A stretch of 64,000 nt of DNA from a virus, in IMG/VR virus record IMGVR_UViG_3300008954_000005, positions 91,723 through 155,722 of that record. One strand, given 5' to 3'. Numbering within the stretch: position 1 is the stretch's first letter; the number at the start of each line of letters is the position of its first letter. The position numbers and the translations under genes were made by a program. This document shows positions 25,347-35,491 of this stretch, in pieces. The notes under the pieces were generated by a model. That model was not told the DNA's origin. It saw nothing but the letters and a program-made list of their open reading frames with translations, and ran no database searches.

Positions 25347-28343
25347 TTACGCAATGTTGTCACCACCGCTGTTGGCACCACCCGTACCATCGCAGAACAT
25401 GACGATACGAATATCCTCAAGACCCTGCGGGTTGGTTTGGAAGGTGATGAGTTCACTACCGCCAGCATCCTCATGGAGAATGTGCTCTGACGTAAGGCCG
25501 GTGTACTCTGCCATTCCGTTGATAGCCGTCAGAAGCTCACCATCGGTGTAGCCCTCCGTGTCGACATCAAGGATCCACATCTTCACAACGTCGTCAAACT
25601 GATTTCCAGCCTCAGTCTCATAAGACGCAGCTTCTACGAAATCAATCTCGATACCACTAACGTGCGCAAAGAGATCAACGACATCCGCAACGCCCGCGCT
25701 GACAGCACCGGTGAGATCTGAAACAGCAACATTTACGGGATCGCTGCCGTCACCGACAATCTTGGAAGGTGCTCCTCCAGAAAGACGCATATCAGTGTTT
25801 GCGAGTTCCGCAATCCGCAACACGTTGCCGTGTGCCGGGTAGAGGCCGCGTGCACTGACGATTTGAATGATCTCTTCAAGAGCGGCGCTCTCGTCGACCT
25901 CAAGCAAAGCATCAACCAAATCAGCGCCCTGGATAGCGGACGGGAAGGTGTAGAACGAGCGGTCTCCCGAAAAGAACAAAGCCTCATTGTCAGCGAACTG
26001 GTCGGAGTCGCAAGCACGAGTCATGATACGAACATCGTATCGAGAACCCTCTACCTCTTCACCGGCACCGTCAAGCGAAGACTCAATACCAGTACTGACG
26101 TTGGCCGCGTACTGGCCTACTTCGTGTACCGCTTGCACGGACAGGGTCAGTTGAGTCTTCAGACCCCGCTGCTCCCGACCATCGACTTCCTTGTAGGTTG
26201 AGCCATCACTAGCAAACACCGAATTGATAAGGAAGAGCTTGTCTCCCGTACCGTGCGGTGCAACCAAGTCATCAGCCACAGTACAGGACACCACTTCCGT
26301 GGTCCATCCGCCTGCACCATCGTCGACCTGCTTCGTGATCTCACAACCGACCTGGATAAGTTCAGCAACAGGGTCGTTATCTACACCAGCCTCGTAAGCG
26401 GCTTCCGCCATGTTGACACCAACGTAGACGAAATCATGAGAAGCACCCAGTGCGGAATCAGTTCCCGCCTGAACCCAACGGTCGGCCTCAGCAGTTCGAA
26501 CACCAGCGTACTCTGCTGCAGCGCCACTCATAAGGGTGGTATCAGCAATATTAAGAGGAGCAGGCTTCTCACAAGTGATGAACACCGAATCATACGATCC
26601 CGAAGACAGTGCGGTTGCGCCCTCATCAGGCTCGCCCCACAATTCTTCCGCAGCAGCGTCAGTGTCTTCGTGCTCATACACATCAAGTACCAACGTAAAG
26701 ACACCGGTGTGCTTCAGACGATCTAGGTCCGCGCCATTCAGATGGTTTGCATCGTTAGCGGCACGAAGGTCTACGTCAAAGGTCATGGAGTCATCATCAA
26801 TGATGGCAACATTTTCCAGAGGTAGTGTGAACGTAGCTCCACCCGACTCCTTCTTGAGATAACCCCAAAGAGCGGTTCCCTCTCCAGCGCCGGGAAGGTT
26901 TGCCCCAGCAGCCAGTTCGAGTGCCCACGAAGCCATCTCGCCCCATTCTTGGGCTTGGTTATCAGCAGCGTCAAATGGACCAGGGGCCACCGAAGCGATG
27001 TTGAGAGAAGTGACGTTAACGACAATATCCTGCGCCGACAGCGTTACCTGACCAACCGTTACCCCAATACCAGCACCGTTTTGGTCACCAAAGACCTTAA
27101 CGTTCCAAGTTCCCTGAGGGGAATCGGCTGGGATGCTGTACTCACACGACAGGATCTTACCGGTCGCATCAATAGGGTCCACTGCTTTGTTACTGACGTT
27201 GAACGCCTTACTAGTGAACACATCGTGAGTGATGGTAACACCGTGACCCAATTGAGTCCCCAGACACGCACGGGAACCAGCGGCAGCACATGTGACCGTG
27301 AGGTCTCTAGTTCCACCTACGCCCGCAGTCAGATCAGCCGCCGCAAGGGCAACAGCACTACCAGTCGCGTCAACAATCGTTGCAGTAGCCGAAGCAATCG
27401 GCTCCAGAGCAATCTGAAACGCGAGTGCATCACCGGGATCACCCGCATTCTTCGAAACAGCCGTTCTTAACGCAGTATTACCGTCCCAAGCGCGAAGACG
27501 GACAGAGTAGTCCTTCTTGCCCTCTGGAAGCAGTGAGTTGGCCATCGCGTCGGAAGCAGGGATGCTCAGCGCAGCAGATGCCGCGAGGCGATCAGCCTGA
27601 TCCCTACCAGCTACGGTCACACTAGAAACCTCAATGAGTGTATTTAGGTTACCAGTCGCGTGGTCCATAATATCGACCATAAGCGGGATCTGAGCACCAG
27701 CGGCAAAGTCAAGGCTCCCGGCCGACAAGGCCCCGGATACCCAACCCTGGGCTTGGCCAGAAACCCCTGGCTGATGAATACCCAAGCCAGCGGCAGAAAA
27801 GATGCCGTTGTTGAGGTGGTACATCCCGAAACCACTCAAAGAGAGAGTGGGGCTCCCACCGGGTTGGTATGGAAGAACGCCATCACCACCGGGGGCACCA
27901 TCCCGAGCGCCAGCTTCCGAAGGGAAAAAGGAACGAAGGTCATTGGGAATACAGATCGCTGCATGATCCTTGCTAAACACGCCTGATTGCGTGGTAATAA
28001 CAAGCTTCTTCGTTCCGAGTTTGGTACTCGGATCGATCAAGCAGTGTACGTCTGCCGATTCTAAGCTGACTTCGTCGATTGAGGCTACTGTAATGCCCCC
28101 AACCGCGTCGTCTAGCTGGTCTTTGATTTGGACTGAATAGTCCGCTAAATTAAAAGCCATGAGTTGTATCTCCTGTGTTATTGATTCAAGGCCGTTTACA
28201 AACAAGACAGCAGGAGAAAGACCTACTATCTCAACGAACCCTAATATTAGGGGGGTTTGGGCAACAAAAAACGGTCTCCCGTTCGTATAAAGTGCTCGGT
28301 CGTTACTCGAATAAAATTCTACGCTGTCTAGCTTTGGGGCCAT
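25347..28343 (-). CDS. Large acidic Ala/Gly/Asp-rich virion structural protein, probably multi-Ig-like (998 aa)
   Basis: Composition, beta-rich patterns and position in the tail operon; family not recognised. Confidence 0.55.
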   Translation of the reverse strand: MAPKLDSVEFYSSNDRALYTNGRPFFVAQTPLILGFVEIVGLSPAVLFVNGLESITQEIQLMAFNLADYSVQIKDQLDDAVGGITVASIDEVSLESADVHCLIDPSTKLGTKKLVITTQSGVFSKDHAAICIPNDLRSFFPSEAGARDGAPGGDGVLPYQPGGSPTLSLSGFGMYHLNNGIFSAAGLGIHQPGVSGQAQGWVSGALSAGSLDFAAGAQIPLMVDIMDHATGNLNTLIEVSSVTVAGRDQADRLAASAALSIPASDAMANSLLPEGKKDYSVRLRAWDGNTALRTAVSKNAGDPGDALAFQIALEPIASATATIVDATGSAVALAAADLTAGVGGTRDLTVTCAAAGSRACLGTQLGHGVTITHDVFTSKAFNVSNKAVDPIDATGKILSCEYSIPADSPQGTWNVKVFGDQNGAGIGVTVGQVTLSAQDIVVNVTSLNIASVAPGPFDAADNQAQEWGEMASWALELAAGANLPGAGEGTALWGYLKKESGGATFTLPLENVAIIDDDSMTFDVDLRAANDANHLNGADLDRLKHTGVFTLVLDVYEHEDTDAAAEELWGEPDEGATALSSGSYDSVFITCEKPAPLNIADTTLMSGAAAEYAGVRTAEADRWVQAGTDSALGASHDFVYVGVNMAEAAYEAGVDNDPVAELIQVGCEITKQVDDGAGGWTTEVVSCTVADDLVAPHGTGDKLFLINSVFASDGSTYKEVDGREQRGLKTQLTLSVQAVHEVGQYAANVSTGIESSLDGAGEEVEGSRYDVRIMTRACDSDQFADNEALFFSGDRSFYTFPSAIQGADLVDALLEVDESAALEEIIQIVSARGLYPAHGNVLRIAELANTDMRLSGGAPSKIVGDGSDPVNVAVSDLTGAVSAGVADVVDLFAHVSGIEIDFVEAASYETEAGNQFDDVVKMWILDVDTEGYTDGELLTAINGMAEYTGLTSEHILHEDAGGSELITFQTNPQGLEDIRIVMFCDGTGGANSGGDNIA

Positions 28344-28346
28344 ATA

Positions 28347-30872
28347 TTATTCCCAACCGTTCGTGATTGGATAACGCACCCACGTATTAGGAGCTACGCA
28401 CTCATACATATATGTGCCGTCATAACACCGTTGACCTTTTAACCCCGAACTATTCGGGAGAGGTACCGCATTTGCGAAAAAGGTTGGACTGACCCACTGC
28501 TCTACTGGTTCGATAGGAACGATATTACCGTCGCGATTAAAAACCGCTAAGTCGCCCTCTTCTACATTAGCTAAATGACCCTCCTCAATTCGGAGGTCAG
28601 CTTGTGAAGACCCAAATAGATATGCAGTCCATACGGAGTAGGATATAACCGAGACCCAGCGCCCCGATTGCTCGGAATCTCTGTCGTCTGGTCTTACTAC
28701 TATAAAGCCATAGTCGGGTTCATTGGAATACTCCTCTGAAAAATCTTTTCGGTCTTTGTCGAAATAATAAGTTCCCCAGTTGTCGGGAACCGCCCTCGGA
28801 ACAGGGAGAGTAGTCCCACTGTGTCCCTCAGAGACCACCAATGTTGTCGTATCAACGGTATCTACGCCCAAACCAAACAGATCTAAACCAAAAGAGTCTG
28901 GGCCTTCGATGGTGTTCGGCGTGCCTGGGTACACACTGTTCTCTACACGATTTTCCGGCCCATATACCCCGTTGATACCCAGAGAATCCTGGCCGGTGAA
29001 CTTCCAGTGGCTAAGAAGATTTCCCGGCTCAAACGCTGTATCAGATTCAGAAAACAAAATGTTCGTTCCGTGCTCACTTGGGTCACCGTGCGCAGAAAGA
29101 ATAACCTGATCAAGCTTCCCGTAGAAGGGGCTCTTATAGGTAATTGACCCATTATCCTCGGTAGGTATCGCGCCCAAACAAATACGCTTAAACGTGGGTG
29201 CTGACGTGGTGATTCGCACGGACGTATCTGTAGAAGCGGAGTATCGGACATCCGCCACCTCTTTATTCAGGTACAAAGACACCGCTTCAGGAATATCGTC
29301 CCTAGTAAAATCGAAGCTTAGAACACAGAAGTTCCACGCTAGATTCTCAATTTTATTCAGTGCGCTTAACGACCAAACGGTTCCCCCTGTATCAACCAAC
29401 TCAACATGGAGAGACAACCCACCAGCCGAAGTACCAGAAAGGTACACCCTGATCCCGTTTTCGTCGCTAGAGGTAGTCGCCTCATACCCAAAACTAAACA
29501 AACACGACTTTCCTGTGGGCTGATTACCCACAAGAGTAGAAGCATCCACATAAAAGGGGATAGCTATCGTCCCCTTGGTCCAATCCGTAAAGTTATCCCA
29601 ATCAGATGAGGAACTATTAGAGACTAATACGCCGAACCCGCCATCAGACCCCAACGAAAACTCTGTTCCCTTAAAGCTGGCTGACAACGGGACGTAAGAC
29701 TTGGTCTCCGCAAAACCATCAGCCGGTGTTTCTCCCAAAGTGCGTACAACAATTTGTGTCTCAAACGTCTCTTCCCTGTAAACCTTGGTCTCTTCTTGCG
29801 TTTCTAGAAATACCGATGAAGAGGTTAACCCCTCAAATCTGACCTTGTTCGTCTCTGTTGGTATAGGGAGTGTGTCGCCAATGGACCAATAATGTGCACA
29901 CTGTGATAAATCCACCATGCCGATGGTAGGTGAGCCATTCGCCCAAAAAGACGTAGAGACCTCATCGGCGCTTACGTTTCTATTAAAATAGAAAAACTCA
30001 TCAATGGAGCCAGGAAAAAACCCACCCTTGGTACCCTCCTCGTCTGTATGAGAGCCCAGATATAGATTATGCGTATTTATTAAGTTCTCGCCGTTGAATT
30101 TAATCTGCTCAATATCTACCTGCGGAATTCCCAAAAGCTCATACACTGCCGATAACTCTGCGTCGTACGCTAAGTTATTCGAATACACCTCATTACCATT
30201 AATAAATATGGTCAACGTCTTAGCTGCGTTGTCCATCTTTAGTACAACGTTGTACCATTTATCCGATAATAATTCATATCCGGTCTGCCTGGAAAACTGG
30301 ATGGCTGACGTTTGGTTGTTCGCGACAACCGAAAGACTCGCAGAAACGTAAAGGTTGAATACGTTCGTTGGGTTACCCGGCATGTCATAATTAGGGTTCA
30401 GGTCTACAGGGTTCCCAACATTTAGAGACAGCCCGCGAATACCGTATGGATTACTTGTGTTACCCGTTCCCGCCGATTCAAGGGTGGGTATATGCAACAG
30501 CGTAGAGTCAACCAACTCGTCTAACTTGAACCACACCGAAATTACGTTTCCAGCACCACCAACAAGGGAGACCTCATCCTTTGTCCAAGAGGCCGCTAAA
30601 TCTTGGGAGCCCCCGTCTAAAGAGGCGTACCCAGAACTAGGCCCAGACCATACCGTGCTTTGTTCAGGAAGTGAGACGTAGTTCGTCGCCCCAACCATTG
30701 CTGAATACTCAACAGTGGAAACAATGACAAATTGCCCATCGGTTACGTCTGCGATTCCTTTTGTCGGGAGCTTTTTTAACGCCTCAAGAGAGGCAACTCG
30801 TCGGTTCCCGACTGTCAGCGCTCTCTGTCTGAGTGTCATTCTTGGTGTCTCCCAATAAACAATAGAGTACAA
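28347..30872 (-). CDS. Virion protein with two LamG/concanavalin-A-like domains
   Basis: ISVWFK...DKWYNVV...IFINGNEV...FFPGSIDEF and WNFCVL...SLYLNKE...FYGKLDQV; C-terminal G..GQRCYDGTYMYECVAPNTWVR fibre-type motif; alternative ATG at 30839 with GGAG. Confidence 0.75.
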   Translation of the reverse strand: MYSIVYWETPRMTLRQRALTVGNRRVASLEALKKLPTKGIADVTDGQFVIVSTVEYSAMVGATNYVSLPEQSTVWSGPSSGYASLDGGSQDLAASWTKDEVSLVGGAGNVISVWFKLDELVDSTLLHIPTLESAGTGNTSNPYGIRGLSLNVGNPVDLNPNYDMPGNPTNVFNLYVSASLSVVANNQTSAIQFSRQTGYELLSDKWYNVVLKMDNAAKTLTIFINGNEVYSNNLAYDAELSAVYELLGIPQVDIEQIKFNGENLINTHNLYLGSHTDEEGTKGGFFPGSIDEFFYFNRNVSADEVSTSFWANGSPTIGMVDLSQCAHYWSIGDTLPIPTETNKVRFEGLTSSSVFLETQEETKVYREETFETQIVVRTLGETPADGFAETKSYVPLSASFKGTEFSLGSDGGFGVLVSNSSSSDWDNFTDWTKGTIAIPFYVDASTLVGNQPTGKSCLFSFGYEATTSSDENGIRVYLSGTSAGGLSLHVELVDTGGTVWSLSALNKIENLAWNFCVLSFDFTRDDIPEAVSLYLNKEVADVRYSASTDTSVRITTSAPTFKRICLGAIPTEDNGSITYKSPFYGKLDQVILSAHGDPSEHGTNILFSESDTAFEPGNLLSHWKFTGQDSLGINGVYGPENRVENSVYPGTPNTIEGPDSFGLDLFGLGVDTVDTTTLVVSEGHSGTTLPVPRAVPDNWGTYYFDKDRKDFSEEYSNEPDYGFIVVRPDDRDSEQSGRWVSVISYSVWTAYLFGSSQADLRIEEGHLANVEEGDLAVFNRDGNIVPIEPVEQWVSPTFFANAVPLPNSSGLKGQRCYDGTYMYECVAPNTWVRYPITNGWE

Positions 30873-30878
30873 ATATTA

Positions 30879-33800
30879 TTAGATAATAAGCCATCGTTCC
30901 CCATCACAAACCAACGTCAAAGACGACCAAGGGTCAGGCAATAACGCTGCATCAGGAATATCACCGCTGGTCTGTACAGATCCAATATCATCAATGTACT
31001 CTCCGGTCCCATCATCTCCTACGGACGCTCTCACCACAACCATCGGATAGACCCCATCCTTATTGGAAAATCCTTGGGAATCCTTGATCACGATCTTTCG
31101 GCCGGTGTTCGTAACCGTATCAAAGCTGTCTGCTACTGGCGGAAGAACAAGCACAAGTCTCGCCCCCGAAGCTGGGAAATTCCCCCACTCATCTGTGAAG
31201 GGATCAAAGTCTCCTCCACGTACAGCGTCGTCATTAATGACAGAAACTAGGTCTGCCTTAACAATGTTCTCTGACGCCCCAATATCACGAATGAAATCGA
31301 CCCCAAGTAGATTCCCGTCATTGTCAAAACGGTCTACCTTCTGGTTGTTCGCGGAATCAAAGAAATGCATCGTAAGTGACACCGAGGAGGAGCCACTAGT
31401 GATTACCCCGGTAAGCGTACCATTGGGGTCGGACAAGAATTTGATCTTAGGATCAGCAATTTTTGGGGCTTGAAGCGACCCATCCGACGCTAAGTACGGA
31501 ACCTCGTAATCAACTGCGTCGTCTGGATTATCCACCGTCGAGCCTGACGCGGTGAGCAGGTCGTCACCAAGCATCAAAGCCCCGTCAGGGTCTCGAAGCC
31601 AGACGACCGTATTCAGTAGGTCTGTCCAGTCTGCCGGATCTCCCCCGTTGGCAATAATAGCGGCCTTACCTGGATTATCTGCAGTCTTCGTAAGTTGTAG
31701 GCCCGTTGGGTCTACGATCCCGGTGACTTTGAGGTCACCCTCCACCACCATTTGCGGCATAGTCGCAGCTAGACAGAGGTGAGCGGACTTGTCGAACGAC
31801 ATGGCCCCTACCATCAGGACACCGCGCTTATCCGGGTCTATAGATACCGTTCCTGGGGCTGGGCCAATTAGCTCGGGAGGTCCACCGCCTCCTGGGGCTA
31901 AGTCAACTGGCCACGGGATAGAAACCATCGCCCCAGCGGGGAGGTCCCACTCTTGGGCGTCGGGACCAGTCTGTACCACCTCCGTGTCAGGATTCCCGTC
32001 AGGAGGGTCGCTAGTATCGACCATATGCCGGGGCCAATCAGGCTCACCAGGGATGATAGTGACATGACTGGGGTCTGCTGCTGTCCCTACACCAGCTACA
32101 CCAGATTGGATGGTTACATTACCGCCGACAACCCCTGAGTTTACTCGTGCAATAGAGTCCGCACCTCTAATTAAGATGTCCCCTACGGGGCCATGCCCAG
32201 CAAGAGGATCATGGCCTAACCCGCCGTCATAGTCAGGAGCGCCTGATGCAGCATCCCAGCCCTCATTAGAGTGAAGCGTCTGGATGATGATTGAGCCCGA
32301 GCCGCCTGTATGATCACCAGCACCTCCTGTGATGAATACGCTTCCACCCCTCCCGTGGAACTGATGATTTCCCGCGTTCTTGTATAAGATATGCGACTCG
32401 TCAACAAACGCCCCCAGCGTGTGTTCACGGACAGTGCCGCCAGCCATTCCTCCGCCTGTTCCAACGCCTGCGCTACCACCAGAAATGGTAACGTCACCAC
32501 CACTAGGCCCTTGAACGGTCCAAGTCGGATCTCCAGGGTCGCCGTTGGGAGCTTGGTAAGTACTGCCGCCCGCAAGCGTGATGTCTCCACCACGAACAGC
32601 GATGTCTGTAATTCCCGCCTCTAAAGATGCCTTAGTCCCAGTCGTATCGAGGCCCGCTATACCGCCTGTGATGTCGACGGAGCCGCCGAATCCGTGCCCA
32701 TGCATAGAGCCAGTGAAGTCGTATGAATTTCCCCCACCAATGTAGACAGCGCCACCATCGTTACCGTCTCCACCATGCATATCGGCGTTTCCGCCTCGGC
32801 CACGCCTCTCCCAATCGTTGGGGCTTGGGGTGGTTCCGGAGTGGTTCTGCCCACCAATTGCGTGGACGTACCCACCGGCGTGAGTAAAATCAGCAGCCGT
32901 TTTGCCCACAGCACCACCGACTAAATCAACAAACCCCCCGTTACTGCCATCAACTTCAGACTCGCCCCCAAAAACGTACACATTTCCGGAATGCGCATGA
33001 GATGACGACCCCGGCTGAATTCGAATAGACCCCGCTGTGGTACCAGAAGCCGCAGGGGAAGAGCCTGTTGTAATTAACAACGGAAAGCTTGTTGTAACAG
33101 GAACGCCCTCTATAGTTCGTGTAGTCGCGTCAACAACAGTTGAGAGTGAGGACATATCCGCAAATTCAACCGTAAACGGGCCAGACTCTGCGTCCACGAG
33201 AACCTTAGAATTTTCTAAGGTATCCCCATTAATATCTGCCCACTTAGCGATTGCATGAGCGTACGTGCTGTTAGCAAGAGGCCCTGGAATTGTCAGTCCT
33301 GCGCCCGTCGAGAGGCTTACAATCTTCTCGTCTACCCCATCGTGCCCATGCGCGTACTTGTAATACAACTCGTTGGCCACCAAGGCGTCACCAAGGTGAT
33401 CCTGCCCAGAACCAGAAGAAACAAAGAGGGCACCTTCATCAGCAGCTATTTCCGTCGTAGGTGCCGCCTCCATCATATCCGCTGCGTCAGTGGTCAAGAT
33501 GAGCGCAATCGGGTCAATGACCCCGTCTACCGTTAATTTCTCAGTAATATGGAGATCTCCGATAAACTTGGAATCCCCGGTTACTTGAAAAACCTCATCA
33601 TCCGCATCCAGCGGGGCAGCGCCACCAACACCAACCTTCCCTGTGGTATTGGCCAGCAACACGTCTCCATCCAGGGAGCCTGGGCTTAGCTTCGCACCGC
33701 CGTCTATGAAGACAGTCCCGCCTGGATTCCCTGTTCCTGCGGCGATAGTTACATCGCCTCCCTTTGTCCCAGCACCATCGGCGTCGGCAGAGTTTCCTGC

Positions 33801-35477
33801 TGTAACGGTTAAGTTGCCCGCGTCAGCGCGAGTAGCACCACCAGCCGTAAGATGTATATCTCCGCCAGGAATATCGTCTGACAAGCCTGCGTTGATGTTT
33901 ATATCACCGGCTTGCATACAAGCTTGCGTACCTATGTTTACAGAACCAGAAGCCGTCGCGGGGCTTGTGGGGTCTACTGGCGCACCAGCGGATAGGTGAA
34001 GATCCCCACCAGCGCTTCCCCCAACACCACTAGTGATGTACACCTCCGCAGGGGAGCCTGTGGAGGACTCTCCGGGGAGGATGTGGATCCCACCAGCCTG
34101 TCTACCCTCCGATGGTTGAGTAGTGATTCGTAGGTCGGTGTCCGTGGCTTCGCCAGCGTCTCTGTGATCGACGGTGACAAGCTCAACAGAACCAATATCG
34201 TCGTAGTCGTCAGTTGTTGTGGTGTTTGTTGTCGTTTGGTAGTGCAGAACCTGTACAGCACTATTTTGGATCAATTCCCCAGTGGTGCCATCCCACCGAA
34301 CAAGGGCCTTATCCGTGCTCTCTAATGGGCCAGTAACCACCCCAGGCAACCATGAAGTGTGTCCATGGAAGTAAACGGCTCCAGGGGTCTCAACATCGTC
34401 CGAGGTCTGGCCCCGTAGTACGTGTCCGACATAACGGTCGTAATAGCCAAGGCCCATCGTACTGGGCTGCGTAGCCCCTAGAACAGCCGTAGGCTGAATA
34501 AACAGCCTAGTGTTATTACCTGTAATGGCGTCGATGGTAGGGATACCACTGGTGTCCATTGGGAGGGTTCCCTCTACCAACATGTACACCCGATCCCCAA
34601 TCGAAGTCGTCGTCCCTAAACTAATGAAGATTGGGAGTTCCGCCAACGACGGGCTCTCTAAGTCAGCCGCGACAATGGGCCGAACCTGTACAGCATAGTT
34701 GTAGTAATAAACCTCTTCACCACCATCAACTAAGTCTGTCCCAACCAATGAGTCATGCCATTGCTTATATTCCTCCTCGTTAGTCACCGTAAGCAGGGTC
34801 CCAAAGGACACCGTACTCGTTGTGACCGCCCCGGAAGCAATCTTACGGAAACTCATCCCCTTTGAGAGCGTAGAAAAATAACGCTCCGCGCTGCGAGACC
34901 AACCCTCGTCAGCGTCGTACTCAACCTCTTCGGTTGGGGCAACATACGAGGTTCCAATTGAACCGCTGCTCGTCTCTAGGTGCCCACCATCGATGTTCCC
35001 AATTACATGGGGGTCTTCGATTTCAAGAAGCGCAGTAAACGCCGTTACCTCTTCAGAGGCCACGTTGTACCCAGCGCCTGTATCGGTTTCCTGCTCAATC
35101 AGATGGCCGTGTACTCGAATAAGCCAACGACCGGGGGTGACGGCCTGAAACTGTTTAGGGTTCCACTCAACGCCATCGATATCTGTCGGACCCGCGTCGG
35201 ACAAAACTCTGGCAGGCCCATCTGGGCCGAAGAGCTTCCATGAGTCTGCGTCAAGGACGTATTTACCTAGAGCCGACTCCCCACCTACGTCCTCGTAAAC
35301 CTCAATCGAGCCGATGTCGCCACCCGCATCTATTGTTGTAGAGGACCCTGTCCACTCCGCTTGGTTTCCTTCGTCGTCTTCGAAGGTGACGAGGCATTGG
35401 CTCGAAACGGTCGCGTTAACGTCGTAAAGTACGCGATCTTTCGAGCCCAGGGGGTGTTGGATATAAAGCTTAGCCAT
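30879..35477 (-). CDS. Tail fibre protein with Gly-rich repeats (1532 aa)
   Basis: Many GG(D/N/S)hxhxxG repeats; C-terminal LPP...GRKIVIKD...LTLVCDGERWLII typical of fibre domains. Confidence 0.72.
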   Translation of the reverse strand: MAKLYIQHPLGSKDRVLYDVNATVSSQCLVTFEDDEGNQAEWTGSSTTIDAGGDIGSIEVYEDVGGESALGKYVLDADSWKLFGPDGPARVLSDAGPTDIDGVEWNPKQFQAVTPGRWLIRVHGHLIEQETDTGAGYNVASEEVTAFTALLEIEDPHVIGNIDGGHLETSSGSIGTSYVAPTEEVEYDADEGWSRSAERYFSTLSKGMSFRKIASGAVTTSTVSFGTLLTVTNEEEYKQWHDSLVGTDLVDGGEEVYYYNYAVQVRPIVAADLESPSLAELPIFISLGTTTSIGDRVYMLVEGTLPMDTSGIPTIDAITGNNTRLFIQPTAVLGATQPSTMGLGYYDRYVGHVLRGQTSDDVETPGAVYFHGHTSWLPGVVTGPLESTDKALVRWDGTTGELIQNSAVQVLHYQTTTNTTTTDDYDDIGSVELVTVDHRDAGEATDTDLRITTQPSEGRQAGGIHILPGESSTGSPAEVYITSGVGGSAGGDLHLSAGAPVDPTSPATASGSVNIGTQACMQAGDININAGLSDDIPGGDIHLTAGGATRADAGNLTVTAGNSADADGAGTKGGDVTIAAGTGNPGGTVFIDGGAKLSPGSLDGDVLLANTTGKVGVGGAAPLDADDEVFQVTGDSKFIGDLHITEKLTVDGVIDPIALILTTDAADMMEAAPTTEIAADEGALFVSSGSGQDHLGDALVANELYYKYAHGHDGVDEKIVSLSTGAGLTIPGPLANSTYAHAIAKWADINGDTLENSKVLVDAESGPFTVEFADMSSLSTVVDATTRTIEGVPVTTSFPLLITTGSSPAASGTTAGSIRIQPGSSSHAHSGNVYVFGGESEVDGSNGGFVDLVGGAVGKTAADFTHAGGYVHAIGGQNHSGTTPSPNDWERRGRGGNADMHGGDGNDGGAVYIGGGNSYDFTGSMHGHGFGGSVDITGGIAGLDTTGTKASLEAGITDIAVRGGDITLAGGSTYQAPNGDPGDPTWTVQGPSGGDVTISGGSAGVGTGGGMAGGTVREHTLGAFVDESHILYKNAGNHQFHGRGGSVFITGGAGDHTGGSGSIIIQTLHSNEGWDAASGAPDYDGGLGHDPLAGHGPVGDILIRGADSIARVNSGVVGGNVTIQSGVAGVGTAADPSHVTIIPGEPDWPRHMVDTSDPPDGNPDTEVVQTGPDAQEWDLPAGAMVSIPWPVDLAPGGGGPPELIGPAPGTVSIDPDKRGVLMVGAMSFDKSAHLCLAATMPQMVVEGDLKVTGIVDPTGLQLTKTADNPGKAAIIANGGDPADWTDLLNTVVWLRDPDGALMLGDDLLTASGSTVDNPDDAVDYEVPYLASDGSLQAPKIADPKIKFLSDPNGTLTGVITSGSSSVSLTMHFFDSANNQKVDRFDNDGNLLGVDFIRDIGASENIVKADLVSVINDDAVRGGDFDPFTDEWGNFPASGARLVLVLPPVADSFDTVTNTGRKIVIKDSQGFSNKDGVYPMVVVRASVGDDGTGEYIDDIGSVQTSGDIPDAALLPDPWSSLTLVCDGERWLII

Positions 35478-35491
35478 AGTTAGAAACTCCT

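Noticed and set aside
15839-35477. Diversity-generating retroelement acting on the fibre genes
   Set aside because: No reverse transcriptase and no template/variable repeat pair noticed; a subtle repeat could be missed by eye
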